57,993 nucleotides of DNA from Chrysochromulina tobinii (taxonomy: Eukaryota), in the NCBI GenBank assembly GCA_001275005.1, contig JWZX01003334.1, positions 1-57,993 of the forward strand, written 5' to 3'. The number at the start of each line of letters is the position of its first letter. The stretch's first letter is position 1. Shown in pieces: positions 1 through 10,301 of this stretch. The position numbers were made by a program, and so were the translations under genes. The notes beneath the pieces are model-generated. The model was not told the DNA's origin and did no database searches. It saw nothing but the letters and a program-made list of their open reading frames with translations.

Positions 1-285
1 AGCCCGGCCCATGGCCGGCTCCCGTGTGGGGCTGTTTGATAACCTCAACATCCCTATTCACAGAGATGCGCAGCACAGAGAAGACCGGCGGGTGTGAAGC
101 TGTGAGCACAATCTCGCATTGAGTAAAACGCGTCGCAATCTCCTCGAGATCCGGGTCACACGGTGGTCACACGCGTCTTTCAGGCTTCAAGCCGCGCATA
201 CAACCGGGTCACCGCGCTCACCACTCGACGTCCCGCGACTCTCTGTGTGACGAGAGTACTGACTCACAGGTCACGTCAAGGTGCC

Positions 286-323
286 GCCATGCTTAGCCAT
301 GCTTAGCCATGCTTAGCCATGCT
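286..323. repeat. 10-bp tandem repeat (GCCATGCTTA)x~3.8
   Basis: Directly visible: gccatgctta gccatgctta gccatgctta gccatgct, in the non-coding left end. Confidence 0.9.
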
Positions 324-544
324 GTTGGCGTAATATCACTCACTCACACTGAGAGAGCCACGAGCATGTTGATCATGCGGTCTGACGTCGTCTTACGTCG
401 CATGTCACGTGTGGGGCCTTGGAGCCAAACACCACAGAAAACGCTCGCAGCACAATGCCTCAGTGCCGTACTTTGTACATGCGCTCCACAATAGACAGTT
501 TCTTCGTGATTGTGCGGGCCTGTTTCGCATCCAGCAACCCCATG

Positions 545-3500
545 TCAGTCCGCGGGCGTCGTGATGGTCGGTGGTGCCTCGACGAGCGCAGTCGAGGGCG
601 AGGAGGCGGCGTGTTCCACCCTCTGCAGTGGAAAGTCCCTCGCGACAGGGGCGATGCGCGGGCGGCCGCTGAGAGAGGAGGCGAGAGGAGAGGAGGACTG
701 CGCCCGTGAGGAGGACGGCGCCCGAGAGGCGCTCTGGCCGGGCGAGGTGCGTGGCCTGGCGGGAGAGGAGGGCGACTCGAAGGGGACGATCTCCCTGCTC
801 TCCCCCTCGACGTAGCCATCGCCTTCAGGAGGGGGACGACTCCCCATCAAACGACGGTCGGTTTCGGTGTAACGTGGGCGTGCGGGGGGAGAGGCCGCTT
901 TGGCCGACAGTGAGTACGTTGCCGAGCGTAAGACGAGCGGTGACCGTGGTTCGGCAGGGGGAGTAGGGGGAGTTCTTGCAAGGTTAGATGGAGAGGTCCG
1001 TGCCAAGGGGCTCGAGGCCAAAGAACGTGACGAGGGCGCGGGCAGCATGGCAGCCGGAGGGAGCGCGGCTGGAATGGGCTGCACGGGTATCAACCAACGG
1101 GCTGCATCCTCCCAGTCCGTGCAAAGAACCTTCAAATCCTCGACTGCGACGTCCTTGACTACTTCCACCGCCGCACGAACTGCGACCGTTGATCCGCCCC
1201 CCATTTGGAGCACGGTCGCAAACGCGTCGCTCTCGTTCTCGAAGAAGCGGATGTCGGCCGTACCGGCTTCGGAGTCGAAGCTGTCGACGACGATGAAGAG
1301 CGTCGAGCGAGTACTTGTGGTACGTCCCAAGCCTTCGAGGAAGATCATGGCCGCCGACGGTTTCATCACCCCTGTCACGCCCGGGCCGAGACGCACCTCG
1401 GGACGCTTCTTCGGAGACTTCCTCGCGCTCGGAGAGTCACCATTGGTCGGAGACGTCGGCAGCTTCAAGGCCAAGGACGAGCGCTGCTGCTCCTTTGCCC
1501 AATACTTTTTCTCCACACGTTCTTTGAAAAAGGCGAGGAATTCGTCACTCGTCGCGCCGAGCGAAATGTTGGCGTTGATCGTCTCGACAGTTACGCCCCA
1601 ACGCTTGAGTGCTCTCTCAACTGCAGAGCGGAGCAGCCCCCGGAAGGCATGGAGCTGTGGCCGCCTGAACGCGTTCTCCTCCACCGCATCCGAATCGATC
1701 CAGCGCTCGAGGCAGTCCTCCCACTCCTGTTCGGAGGCAGCCCGCGCGCGCAGAGCATCGGAGAGGGGCTGCGCCTCTGCGAGCGCCTTCTGAGCCTCCG
1801 CCAGGGCTTGCTGCCGGGCTTTCTTGGCCTCCTCCTCCTCCTTCTTTTTCTGAAATTTCTCCTCCGCCACCTTGAGCGCCCTCGCCTTCGGCCCCTCCAC
1901 TTTGGGCCTCTCTTTCACAGCCTTCTTCTCGGGGCTTAGGGGCGATTCCAATATGGGGTCCATCTTTGGCGGTGAGATGGGCCGTGAAAGCTGCATCCAT
2001 ACCTTTGCAAACTCGCGCAGGTCGACGTCGAGATGGCCGCGCTCTGAATCGGAGAGCTCAGAGATGACGGCATCCGCGCGCTCGTTGTCCACAGCGACAT
2101 CAAGCCACCGAAGGGCATCGCGCAGCTCCATGAGCGAGATCAAACCGCGATTGTGGCTGAACTTCCTGTAGGTCTGCAGCACGCGGGGTGGAATGGGAAT
2201 CTCCTCCTCAACCAGGGGCTCGTACGGCCAATGATAGGGGCTGGCAGTGAATCTGTTCGGTCCCGATGGGGAGACGAGGGAATCTTTGGCGCGTTGCTTT
2301 CGATTGCGTGCGGTGAGCTCGTTGAGCTTGAGTCCATACTTGCGCATGACCTTCTCAATCGTGCCGCGCTCCTGGTCATGGTCTCGCATCGAGCTGTCGC
2401 ACTTCTTGTACCAAGCAAACCCGAGGGCCAGCAGCAGGAAGGGTGTCGTGAATGAGATCAGGATGACCAGCCAGGGTTCCATCGGTGGCTTGGGCGGCGA
2501 CGCTGGGGGTTGCGTGGGTGGTGGCAGCGAGGGACCCGGAGGCTGCGGCGGTGGCGGCGGTGGCGGCAAGGGCGGCGGCGGTGGCAGCGAGGGCGGCGGT
2601 AGCGGCGGTGATGACGGTGGAGGAGGGGGTGGCGGCGGTGGCGGCGAGGGATGAACCCAAGGAGGCACCTCGGGAGGAGGCGGAGAGCTCGGCGGATCTG
2701 GTGGTGGAGACGGCGATGGCGGATCTGGTGATGGTGGAAACGGCGACGGCGGTGGAAACGGCGGTGACGGAGGCATTGGCGGCGGCAACATAGGCTGCGG
2801 CGCCAGGAGCTCCGGATGGGAGTACATCTCTGCGAAGGCCACCGCTCCCCCCAGCATGAGGAGGAGGCCCAGCACGTTGTACAGCTTCCCTCGGGCGAAC
2901 GCGCGAGCCCTCGCCTGCTCCTCCGCGAAGAGCTCCTGCCGGAGCTTCCTTGCGTGCTTGGTACGCATGGCGGACTCAATCGTGGTCGCCGCTCCGTTGC
3001 GCCTGTTCATCTCGTCGCGCTCTTTCGTCTCCCGCTCTTCTCGCTCCCTCTCCCTCGCCTTGGACTCCAAATAGGCACGCCTGAACTTGCGATCGCGAAT
3101 GCGCTTTTGGATCTGCTTCGTCGCCTCCACCTCATCCTCGTCGGCAACTAGCACCACGGAGCCGAGCCGCGACGCGAGCCTCAACCTGTCTTCCTCATTC
3201 AACGACTCGAGCGCCTGAGCTTGCAGGGCGTGGAGGAGCTGCATCGATGGCGACGAGGGGCTCCTCGCTGCAGCCCTCTTCTTGTCTTGCTCAGCGAATT
3301 CAACAAGGGACCTCTTCGTTGTGGTTGCCGCCGGGTCACCCGCGCAGGCGCGGCGTATCTCAATGACGAGGGTCGCGGAGCTCAGGATCTTCTGTCCCGC
3401 CTCAGCATGCCCTGCAGGCTTCTCGCCGTTGATCGTGAGGATTTCGTCACCGATGAGTATGCCCTCCTTCTCGCCCAGACTGCCTGGGTGAAAAGAGCAG

Positions 3501-3958
3501 ATGCGCGGCGTGCTCGTCCCCGTCATGATCAGGCCGAGCCGCTTCTCTGCGGCCTCCTTTTCGATTGTGAGCGTCACAATCAGCGGCACCGCCGTAGATG
3601 ACTCCGTTGCCGACTTCGCCGCCACCGGCTCCGCAGTCTCCTCGGACGTCGCTGGCGCCGTCACTGGTGCCTCTGAGGTGGCTGGTGATGGCGCTGGCGC
3701 TGGCTCAGGCACTGGCTCGGGCGCAGGCACAGGCGCAGGCCCCAGCGCGGGCGCGGATGCGGGCGCGGGCGCGATGTCCTCGGTGGCGAGGTCCATCATC
3801 TCCCAGAGGAGCGCCTGTGTGACGGCCGACGGCTGACCTGTCGGATCGGGCGACTTGGGCGTAGACGAAACACCCTTCTTGGATGGCGAACGTACCTTGC
3901 CTGGCGTCCCCTTGCCTCCCCCGACCAATGAGGACTTTCGCCCTGAGAAGAGCTCCAT
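545..3958 (-). CDS. Large 2TM membrane protein: PDZ domain, IQ-like motifs, Pro-rich loop, EF-hand-like pair
   Basis: Long uninterrupted ORF, first ATG at 3958 (MELFSGRK). PDZ-like RLGLIMTG...GILIGDEILTING (~3350-3577); IQ-like ATKQIQKRIRDRKFRR and AATTIESAMRTKHARK; two hydrophobic helices flanking a poly-Pro tract (~2485-2800); degenerate EF-hand pair (GLISLMELRDALRWL...DVDLREF). Confidence 0.75.
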   Translation of the reverse strand: MELFSGRKSSLVGGGKGTPGKVRSPSKKGVSSTPKSPDPTGQPSAVTQALLWEMMDLATEDIAPAPASAPALGPAPVPAPEPVPEPAPAPSPATSEAPVTAPATSEETAEPVAAKSATESSTAVPLIVTLTIEKEAAEKRLGLIMTGTSTPRICSFHPGSLGEKEGILIGDEILTINGEKPAGHAEAGQKILSSATLVIEIRRACAGDPAATTTKRSLVEFAEQDKKRAAARSPSSPSMQLLHALQAQALESLNEEDRLRLASRLGSVVLVADEDEVEATKQIQKRIRDRKFRRAYLESKAREREREERETKERDEMNRRNGAATTIESAMRTKHARKLRQELFAEEQARARAFARGKLYNVLGLLLMLGGAVAFAEMYSHPELLAPQPMLPPPMPPSPPFPPPSPFPPSPDPPSPSPPPDPPSSPPPPEVPPWVHPSPPPPPPPPPPSSPPLPPPSLPPPPPLPPPPPPPQPPGPSLPPPTQPPASPPKPPMEPWLVILISFTTPFLLLALGFAWYKKCDSSMRDHDQERGTIEKVMRKYGLKLNELTARNRKQRAKDSLVSPSGPNRFTASPYHWPYEPLVEEEIPIPPRVLQTYRKFSHNRGLISLMELRDALRWLDVAVDNERADAVISELSDSERGHLDVDLREFAKVWMQLSRPISPPKMDPILESPLSPEKKAVKERPKVEGPKARALKVAEEKFQKKKEEEEAKKARQQALAEAQKALAEAQPLSDALRARAASEQEWEDCLERWIDSDAVEENAFRRPQLHAFRGLLRSAVERALKRWGVTVETINANISLGATSDEFLAFFKERVEKKYWAKEQQRSSLALKLPTSPTNGDSPSARKSPKKRPEVRLGPGVTGVMKPSAAMIFLEGLGRTTSTRSTLFIVVDSFDSEAGTADIRFFENESDAFATVLQMGGGSTVAVRAAVEVVKDVAVEDLKVLCTDWEDAARWLIPVQPIPAALPPAAMLPAPSSRSLASSPLARTSPSNLARTPPTPPAEPRSPLVLRSATYSLSAKAASPPARPRYTETDRRLMGSRPPPEGDGYVEGESREIVPFESPSSPARPRTSPGQSASRAPSSSRAQSSSPLASSLSGRPRIAPVARDFPLQRVEHAASSPSTALVEAPPTITTPAD

Positions 3959-4525
3959 CCTGAGTGATTCGGGGCTGCCAGCACCCGCAGCCGCGGCAGC
4001 AGGCGGCGGAACTCGTCGCGATGAGCGCTTTGGTCCCCCGCGTTTTGCTTTATTTCGCGTCCTTGCGAGGGGCAAGTTTGAAAAGTTGTTTAGTTTACAC
4101 CAAAGGGCATGTGTAACGCCTTGAGGAGATCAGCGGAATCCCGCAGAGCACGTTCACCGCGACGTGCGTCCAAACAAACTCCCCGCGGCACGGACGCGGC
4201 ACGCTCGAGCGGCACGCCTCTTCTCGGAGCCGGATGCGCTTCTGAGACTGAGTGTGCGCGTCGACAGCTCGCCACGACCGCTGACGGGTCGCGCAGTGCG
4301 CGCGCGCTCGGCCTTGCGCTTGTGTGACCGTCGCCGCCTCCCCCCACCACTGAGACACCGACGCGACTGCCCTCGCACCCGCCGCCGCGTACGGTAGTCG
4401 AACCGCCGCCACCGGCCGTTCGCGCCCGCTACAGCGCTCGCAAATTCGAGAGTCGCGTTCGCGGGCACGGGCTCCTCAGCGACCATGTACCAAGCACTGC
4501 GACCGATGCGCTCGTTACGCGCCTG

Positions 4526-6574
4526 TCACAGCTCATTCCGCATGTGCCCCGGAGCGTCCCCACGCGCCGCATCGGTAGCGGCTGCTGGCTTCATAGCATC
4601 GGCGAGGAGTCGAAACTCCTGCGGCTTGAGCAGTCTGCATGCATTTCCGCTGGGCACGCGGTCCGAGACGCGCATCACGTCACTCAGGCCGGCGGCGGCA
4701 GCGTTGCCTAGGAAGCTCGAGTCCCCAATGCCAAACTGCACGTCAGCGAGCGCTAAGCCGATGAAATCGGCGGCCACCTTGCGCGCTGCCTCGCCATCGT
4801 CCCTTGTCGAGTGCACTGCCCTGCCCGAGATTGTGAGCACACGCGCCGCCCCAAGGACGGCACGCGCGCGCGCCACGCCGTGCTCCGTGTCGGACGCGAC
4901 GAACACGTGTACACGACGCGCCGGGCCGGGCGTATCCGCGAGCTGCAGCGCCGCCTCGATTTGGTTCACAGAGCGATTCACACACGCGAGCTCCCTCTCG
5001 AGCCCCTCCACTCCGATGCGTTCGAACTTAGCCACGACGTCGGGGTCGTCGCCGTTGACGCACTCAACGCACTCGGATTGCATCGCCGCATCGCCTCGGC
5101 GCACCTGATGAGGGAGGCAATCAGAGGCCATCAGCATGCACTCAGAGGATTGCATCGCCGCGTCGCCTCGGCGCACATGGAGCCCGACCAGCACTGCGCT
5201 GCTCGCGCTCGCCGCCCCGCTCGCCGCCGTCGCTGCCGTTGGTCGGAGAGCTTCGACCACCTCCGCCAGCACCCTCGCATGCACCGTGTCGCTCAGCCGT
5301 CGTACGAGACAGCGAGGCCCTGACAGGTCAGTATGTCCCGCGATGAGCTCCGCCACCGTCGCACGCTCATTGCGCATAGTCGCATCCAGCGTGCCGTCCG
5401 CCCCAACAAAGTCAGCCGCGTACATATTGATCACCGAGGGCGATTGGAACATCAACGGCCCCGGGGGAAAGTAGTCGGCGAGCGGCGCGCCCGATTTGGC
5501 AATGTGCGTCCACCGGTTCCAACGGCTTTTGAGGATCTCGAGCGCCTCGTACGCGTTGCCGTCTTCGAGGGCGAGCACCCACTCGGAACCACGCCGGCTG
5601 CGGCGGCGGCTGCTGCTGCTGCGGCTGCGGCTGCGGCTGCTGCTGTTGCTCCTGTTGCTGCTGGCGCTGGTGCTGGTGCTGGTACTGCTGCCAGATTGAT
5701 CAGAGCCGTTAGCTTGCCGCTCAGCATAGCGCTCGACGACGTCATCCTCACCCGTGCTCGCCGGGGCACTTGCCACCGCACCCGTGCCCAAGCTGCCTTC
5801 GTCGCGCTCATTCGAGTCCTCGTCACCGTCGATCCGACGGCACCTGTACGGGGGCACTGTGCTCTTCACGAGCTTGGCCCGCGCGGCACGGCAAGCAAGG
5901 AAGTTGGACCAGCCTCGGCTCGAGGGTCGCGATGCCAAGGGGGCGGAGGCAACCGCGAGGGTGTGCGCGCCGTGCATGCGGTACACGGCCGCTGAAATCG
6001 AGTCGTCCGGACCAATGAGGGACCCATAACGATTGAAGACGGCTGCTTCGGCACGGAAGGCGACCGGTCTACCGAGCACGATGCCGAGCAGCAGAGTCAT
6101 CGCCTGCTCTTGCAGCACGTGCGCATAACCCGCACCGACCCGCGCACGCTCACGGTGCAGGATGAATGGCCGTGTGAGCTCGCCCTCAAAAGTCTGGATG
6201 TGCTCAAAGTGCCACGCAATCGCAGACTCGACACGGGCACACGAGCGTGCCCGGAGGCAGAAGCGCTCGAGGACAGGCAGCGCGTACGGCCCATCGCGAG
6301 GACACAGAGGCACACGATGCACGGGCAATGCGGCATCGGCCATGTGTTCGAGCGGTGATGTGTTCACTGATCGATCGTTGGAGTGCGCATTACGTTGCCA
6401 GTCATCAAAACCTCTTGCGCCCGGATGGCATGTGATAGCCTGAGTGCATCCACCGCACTCATGGGTGAGATTCCCATTAAGCGATGTGCACTCCTCAGCA
6501 CAGTGTGACTCGCACACAAGTTGACTTGAAGCGACGCTGGTGAGGAGAAGGCCAGCGTTTATGAAGGAAAGCAT
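4526..6574 (-). CDS. Secreted/ER GT-B fucosyltransferase-like protein (NodZ/FUT8/GT23-GT37 type); probable intron 5105-5176
   Basis: Signal peptide MLSFINAGLLLTSVASS; Cys-rich N-module; FucT motifs GLHVRRGD, VFVASD, DFIGLALAD...SSF; C-terminal RNEL. Removing the 72-nt GT..AG segment removes a duplicated VRRGDAAMQS. Confidence 0.75.
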   Translation of the reverse strand: MLSFINAGLLLTSVASSQLVCESHCAEECTSLNGNLTHECGGCTQAITCHPGARGFDDWQRNAHSNDRSVNTSPLEHMADAALPVHRVPLCPRDGPYALPVLERFCLRARSCARVESAIAWHFEHIQTFEGELTRPFILHRERARVGAGYAHVLQEQAMTLLLGIVLGRPVAFRAEAAVFNRYGSLIGPDDSISAAVYRMHGAHTLAVASAPLASRPSSRGWSNFLACRAARAKLVKSTVPPYRCRRIDGDEDSNERDEGSLGTGAVASAPASTGEDDVVERYAERQANGSDQSGSSTSTSTSASSNRSNSSSRSRSRSSSSRRRSRRGSEWVLALEDGNAYEALEILKSRWNRWTHIAKSGAPLADYFPPGPLMFQSPSVINMYAADFVGADGTLDATMRNERATVAELIAGHTDLSGPRCLVRRLSDTVHARVLAEVVEALRPTAATAASGAASASSAVLVGLHVRRGDAAMQSSECMLMASDCLPHQVRRGDAAMQSECVECVNGDDPDVVAKFERIGVEGLERELACVNRSVNQIEAALQLADTPGPARRVHVFVASDTEHGVARARAVLGAARVLTISGRAVHSTRDDGEAARKVAADFIGLALADVQFGIGDSSFLGNAAAAGLSDVMRVSDRVPSGNACRLLKPQEFRLLADAMKPAAATDAARGDAPGHMRNEL
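5105..5176 (-). other. In-frame spliceosomal intron (72 nt) whose 5' part duplicates the next exon
   Basis: CAT|GTGCGCCGAGGCGACGCGGCGATGCAATCC...CTGATGGCCTCTGATTGCCTCCCTCATCAG|GTGCGCCGAGGCGATGCGGCGATGCAATCC. Confidence 0.75.
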
Positions 6575-6789
6575 ACGCACTTTCGCCGAAAAGGTCAGCT
6601 CAGAACGACCTACGAGCTATTATTCATAGTCGTCATGGCCTTGAGAGTTGTGTTGTCGCTTCGCACACGCGATGAAATCGGAAATCACGATGAATTTCAT
6701 CCACTGCCTTTTTCTCCCACAGCGGCACAGCCTGTGTGTGCATGTCAAACCGCGAGTGCATGAGACTATCGTCCTCTCTGTGGCTCGGC

Positions 6790-8301
6790 TCACAAGGCAT
6801 CGATGCGTCGTTGGACCTCGGCTGCCTTGTCGAAGTCTCCCAGATCAAGCGCCCTATCCAGCTCGCCGAAGAGCGATTCTCTCCTCGCGCTCTTGAACGG
6901 GTTGAAGCCGGCGGTAGACTCCTTTTGCCGTTTGAGCTCTTCCGCCCTCTTCGCATTCGCCTCTTCGAGCGCCGCGTCCGCTGCCTCCTTGATATTCGCC
7001 GCTGCACCGAGAGCTTCCTGCCACCAGGCTTTCGGAGCCGCACGGCTTGCGAGCTCGTCCGCTTGCCTCTTGAGAGCCTTCTCCTTGAGCTCGAGTTGCT
7101 CCTTGGCTGCCCTCTCCGCGCGCGTCTCGGACGGCGCCGATGGCCCGGGGCTCAACGTCGACATTGGGTCGACCATGGACGTAACGTACGCTTGAAGCGG
7201 TTGTTTCCTCCACGTGTCCTGGTTCTTCCTGTGGGAAGACGAGACTCAACGTCCGCAGCGAAGGTGAGCGATAGGACTACCGTGTGTGCAAAACGCGGCG
7301 TGCATGCGGGGTGGAGATTACCAGTCCTTCGACTCCTTATCTGCCCAACTGATGCCCTCCGGTGTGCTCGGACTCGCCAAAGTTGGACTCGGCTGCGAGG
7401 GCTCGGCCGGTCTACCTGCCGACTGTCGCGCTCGGTTCGGCGCTTCAGGTGCCGCCGTCGAGGCCGCCGCCGCTGCAGCCGCTGCCGCAACTGCTGCGCC
7501 ACTCGGCAAGCCCACCTGCACGCTGCTCACCTTGACCGGCGTGACTGGCCGGTCGTTCTGCGTGGGCACTTGCGAGATCGCGACCATGACATTGAAGCTC
7601 TCTTCGTCTATGCACTTGCCGAACACGGGATGTTTGCTGTCCCCCGGTGTGTACCAGTTCAGAACGTTGTTGTCGTTGACGTTCATGAAAAGCTGCGAGC
7701 CTCCCGAATTCGGCGCGCCTGTGTTCGCCATCGCAAGCGTCCCAGCGTCGTTCCGAATCTTAACTGTGAACTCATCTGGGATTGTGCCGCCAGTGCCGCG
7801 CGAGATAATGCTACCATCCCGAAGATTTGTAAAGCTGGATTCGTCAGTTGGCCCGCCTGTGCCCGCACGCGGATCGTCAGGGTCCTTGGCATACGGGCAC
7901 CCAAACTGTACCATAAATGACGGGATGACGCGGTGAAAGTGCAAGTTGTTATAGAAGCCCGACTCAGCTAGGTCTACAAAGTTGGAGACGGTGATGGGGC
8001 ACTCGCTGAGAAAGAGCTCACATCGGATGGTGCCCGCGCTGGTCGTGAAGGTGACGATGGGGTTCACTGACAAGGTTGACGGCGCGGTAGCACTTGGCAC
8101 GACGGCAGCAGGTTTCGCCTTACCAAAGGACTGGGCTGGTGGCGACGGCGTTTTCTGCGTGACTGCACGCCCAAACGTTTTCGGTGGCGGAGTTGGCGGC
8201 GACGCCATCACAATTGATGTGTGTGTAAGCTGAAGCGCGCGCGTTGATGTGTGTGTAAGCTGAAGCGCGCACGAGAGAGCGGTAAGTACCGTGGCGTGCA
8301 T
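6790..8301 (-). CDS. Cyclophilin-type peptidyl-prolyl isomerase with presequence and C-terminal coiled coil/UVR-like motif; exons 8301-7322 and 7228-6790
   Basis: FYNNLHFHRVIPSFMVQFG, GTLAMANTG, KHPVFG. Intron 7229-7321 (TG|GTAATC...CCCACAG|G) joins KDW to KNQDTWRK..MVDPM in frame; ends LDRALDLGDFDKAAEVQRRIDAL. Confidence 0.88.
8214..8270. repeat. 30-bp tandem duplication in cyclophilin presequence
   Basis: ttgatgtgtgtgtaagctgaagcgcgc occurs twice with a 30-bp period (ALQLTHTS twice in the protein). Confidence 0.9.
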
Positions 8302-8582
8302 CGTGATGAAATTTGTAATTTCGAGCATCGTCCCATCGAGACTTCGATTTTTCACTTTTGGTACTGTACGGCGTTTTAGTGTACACCGATCGCATGCACA
8401 GCGATACATTTCACAAAGACAAACGTGCGCACATCGACATCCATAAACCCTGAAAGCCCCTCCTTCGCCACACACACAGTGACCGCAGACCACGCTCCGC
8501 TGCAGTCCCGAGGAGTCTCGCGCACGGTTTTGCACGCGCACCCTCGTATCGCACAGCCTCAAAAAGCCTCAATGCTCAAAGC

Positions 8583-10002
8583 TCAATCCTCATTCTCGTC
8601 GTAGGCGACGCGTGGCCTGTCTGCGGGGCCGAGTACCGTGGTCGAGGGCCCGCTCCCGCCCAGGAAGTTGACGAGAGTGCTGCGAAATGTGGCGACACGG
8701 AGATTCGGGTAGGGCACGGTGGGATGTGTGAGAGTATGACACACGGAAGGGCGGTCGATACGCGAATGTGAGCGCGCACTCTGGCGTGAAGGCGGTGGTG
8801 GCGAAAGGGCACTTGACGGCACTCTCTGTCAAGGTGTTGCGCGCCGAGCAGATACGAAACTTGGCGAGCGTCTTCGCGGGCATCACTCGCTTGGCGATGG
8901 GCCAAATCAAGTTGAGATAGGAGGGCACGTTGATGGCCACTGTGATCTGGAGCAACTGAGGGTAGTAGAGCTCCGAGTCCTTGGATGCGCGACCGAGGGC
9001 CTTGAAGAAACGCTTGTCGTTGTCCGTGAACTTGGACGAGTGCATGTCGAGACACGTCACCATCTTGACGAGGCGGCGCGTCCGGCGGGTGGCCTCGTCG
9101 CACATGAGGAAGAGCTGCTCCTTTTGGAAGTTCATCGACTCGACGACCTCATCCTCCGTGAAGAGATCCATGAGCTTCTTTACATTCGACTTCCCCGCGC
9201 GAATCAGCTGCACCGGCTCGTCCATGGTCGTGCGCTGACTGTAGACCTCGGCGATGCTGTACCGTAGCAGCGGCTGATATTTGGCATTGTCACCAGCGGC
9301 AGCACGTTCGAGGAGCTCCACGTTGGCGGCGCGATACGCGAGCGTGGCGCGCACGGCCTTCTCCGCGCCCTGATTGCCGTTGGAAAGGATAAAGCGCAGC
9401 AGCCAAATGTCGTCATAAGGCACGCGAGACCCAAGGTCATACTTGGACAAGTCTGTATCGGCAAGGGCCTCCCGCAGTGTCGCAATGGCGGCCGCGTTCG
9501 CAACGAGAAGTTCATCTACGTTTTTCTGCTCCCGTGTGAAGCCAAGCTTCTTGAAGGATGCACCCGGTGGCGCGCGCGGCCAATCGCTCGGAGTGACGGC
9601 TTTCGCCACGGGACACGAAACGGCTTCGGGCTCAGCGACGGACGCGGAAGACAGAACGGAGGACTTGAGGACAGGCTCATCCTCGGCCAGAGCGACGATG
9701 CTCTCGTGCACGGCATCAGTGGCGACCGGCTCTGGCTCAGTGGCTGCAGGTGGCGAGGTCTCGGGCGGAGATGAAGCAGCTGGTGCTGCCCACGCGTGGT
9801 GGTAAGGGCAGCCAGTAGGAGCAAGAGCACGTTCTGCTGAATTAGCGTCATCCACTTTGAGCATCGCCGCTGCCGCCAGCGCACTTTCCTCAGGGGGCGT
9901 GGGGTCAACCAGCACGACATCCATGGTAGAAGCGAGCTTCAAGGGAGCCGGTTCTGGAGAGGTCGGCTCTTGGACCGTCTCTTTCGACGAAGCGCATCCC
10001 AT
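8583..10002 (-). CDS. CRAL-TRIO/Sec14 lipid-binding protein with N-myristoylation/palmitoylation motif; intron 8680-8779
   Basis: MGCASSK start; DDIWLLRFI, YYPQLL...INVP...IWPIAK..MPAKTLAKF. Splicing GA|GTGCGC...TTTCGCAG|C gives FTPDTLVNFLGG, the typical Sec14 end. Confidence 0.85.
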
Positions 10003-10301
10003 GTTGGAGGCGAAGAATAGAGAGAACAACTGTGTGCGTGCTCCACAACCTCTCCGGCGCAGATCGAGACGAAACGACCAAACACTCACACTTTCATGAA
10101 CTCCCGGTGATGATGATTTTGCGGGAGTACCCGGTACTGTATGAATCATTTCATTGTGTGCGAGGGATTGCCGCGCGCCGCCGACACGCCGACGGCTGAG
10201 TGCATCCTGTGCTCCGCCGGCACAAGCAAAGCCAGCGCCACTGCAAGAGGAGTTCAACGCTTGCTGCTACATCTGTCTGGGATTTTCCTCGCTCTCGCAC
10301 G

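Noticed and set aside
5596..5690. CTG/CGG trinucleotide tract as a separate element
   Set aside because: It encodes a Ser/Arg low-complexity linker inside the fucosyltransferase-like ORF.
6736..7936. Long plus-strand ORFs opposite the cyclophilin (also 27451-28542, 39308-40447, 46039-47319, 49981-50775)
   Set aside because: Antisense shadow ORFs, expected in high-GC coding DNA; no motifs.
10100..10200. Box C/D snoRNA (GTGATGA ... CTGA)
   Set aside because: No terminal stem or recognisable rRNA guide; it sits in a short divergent promoter.
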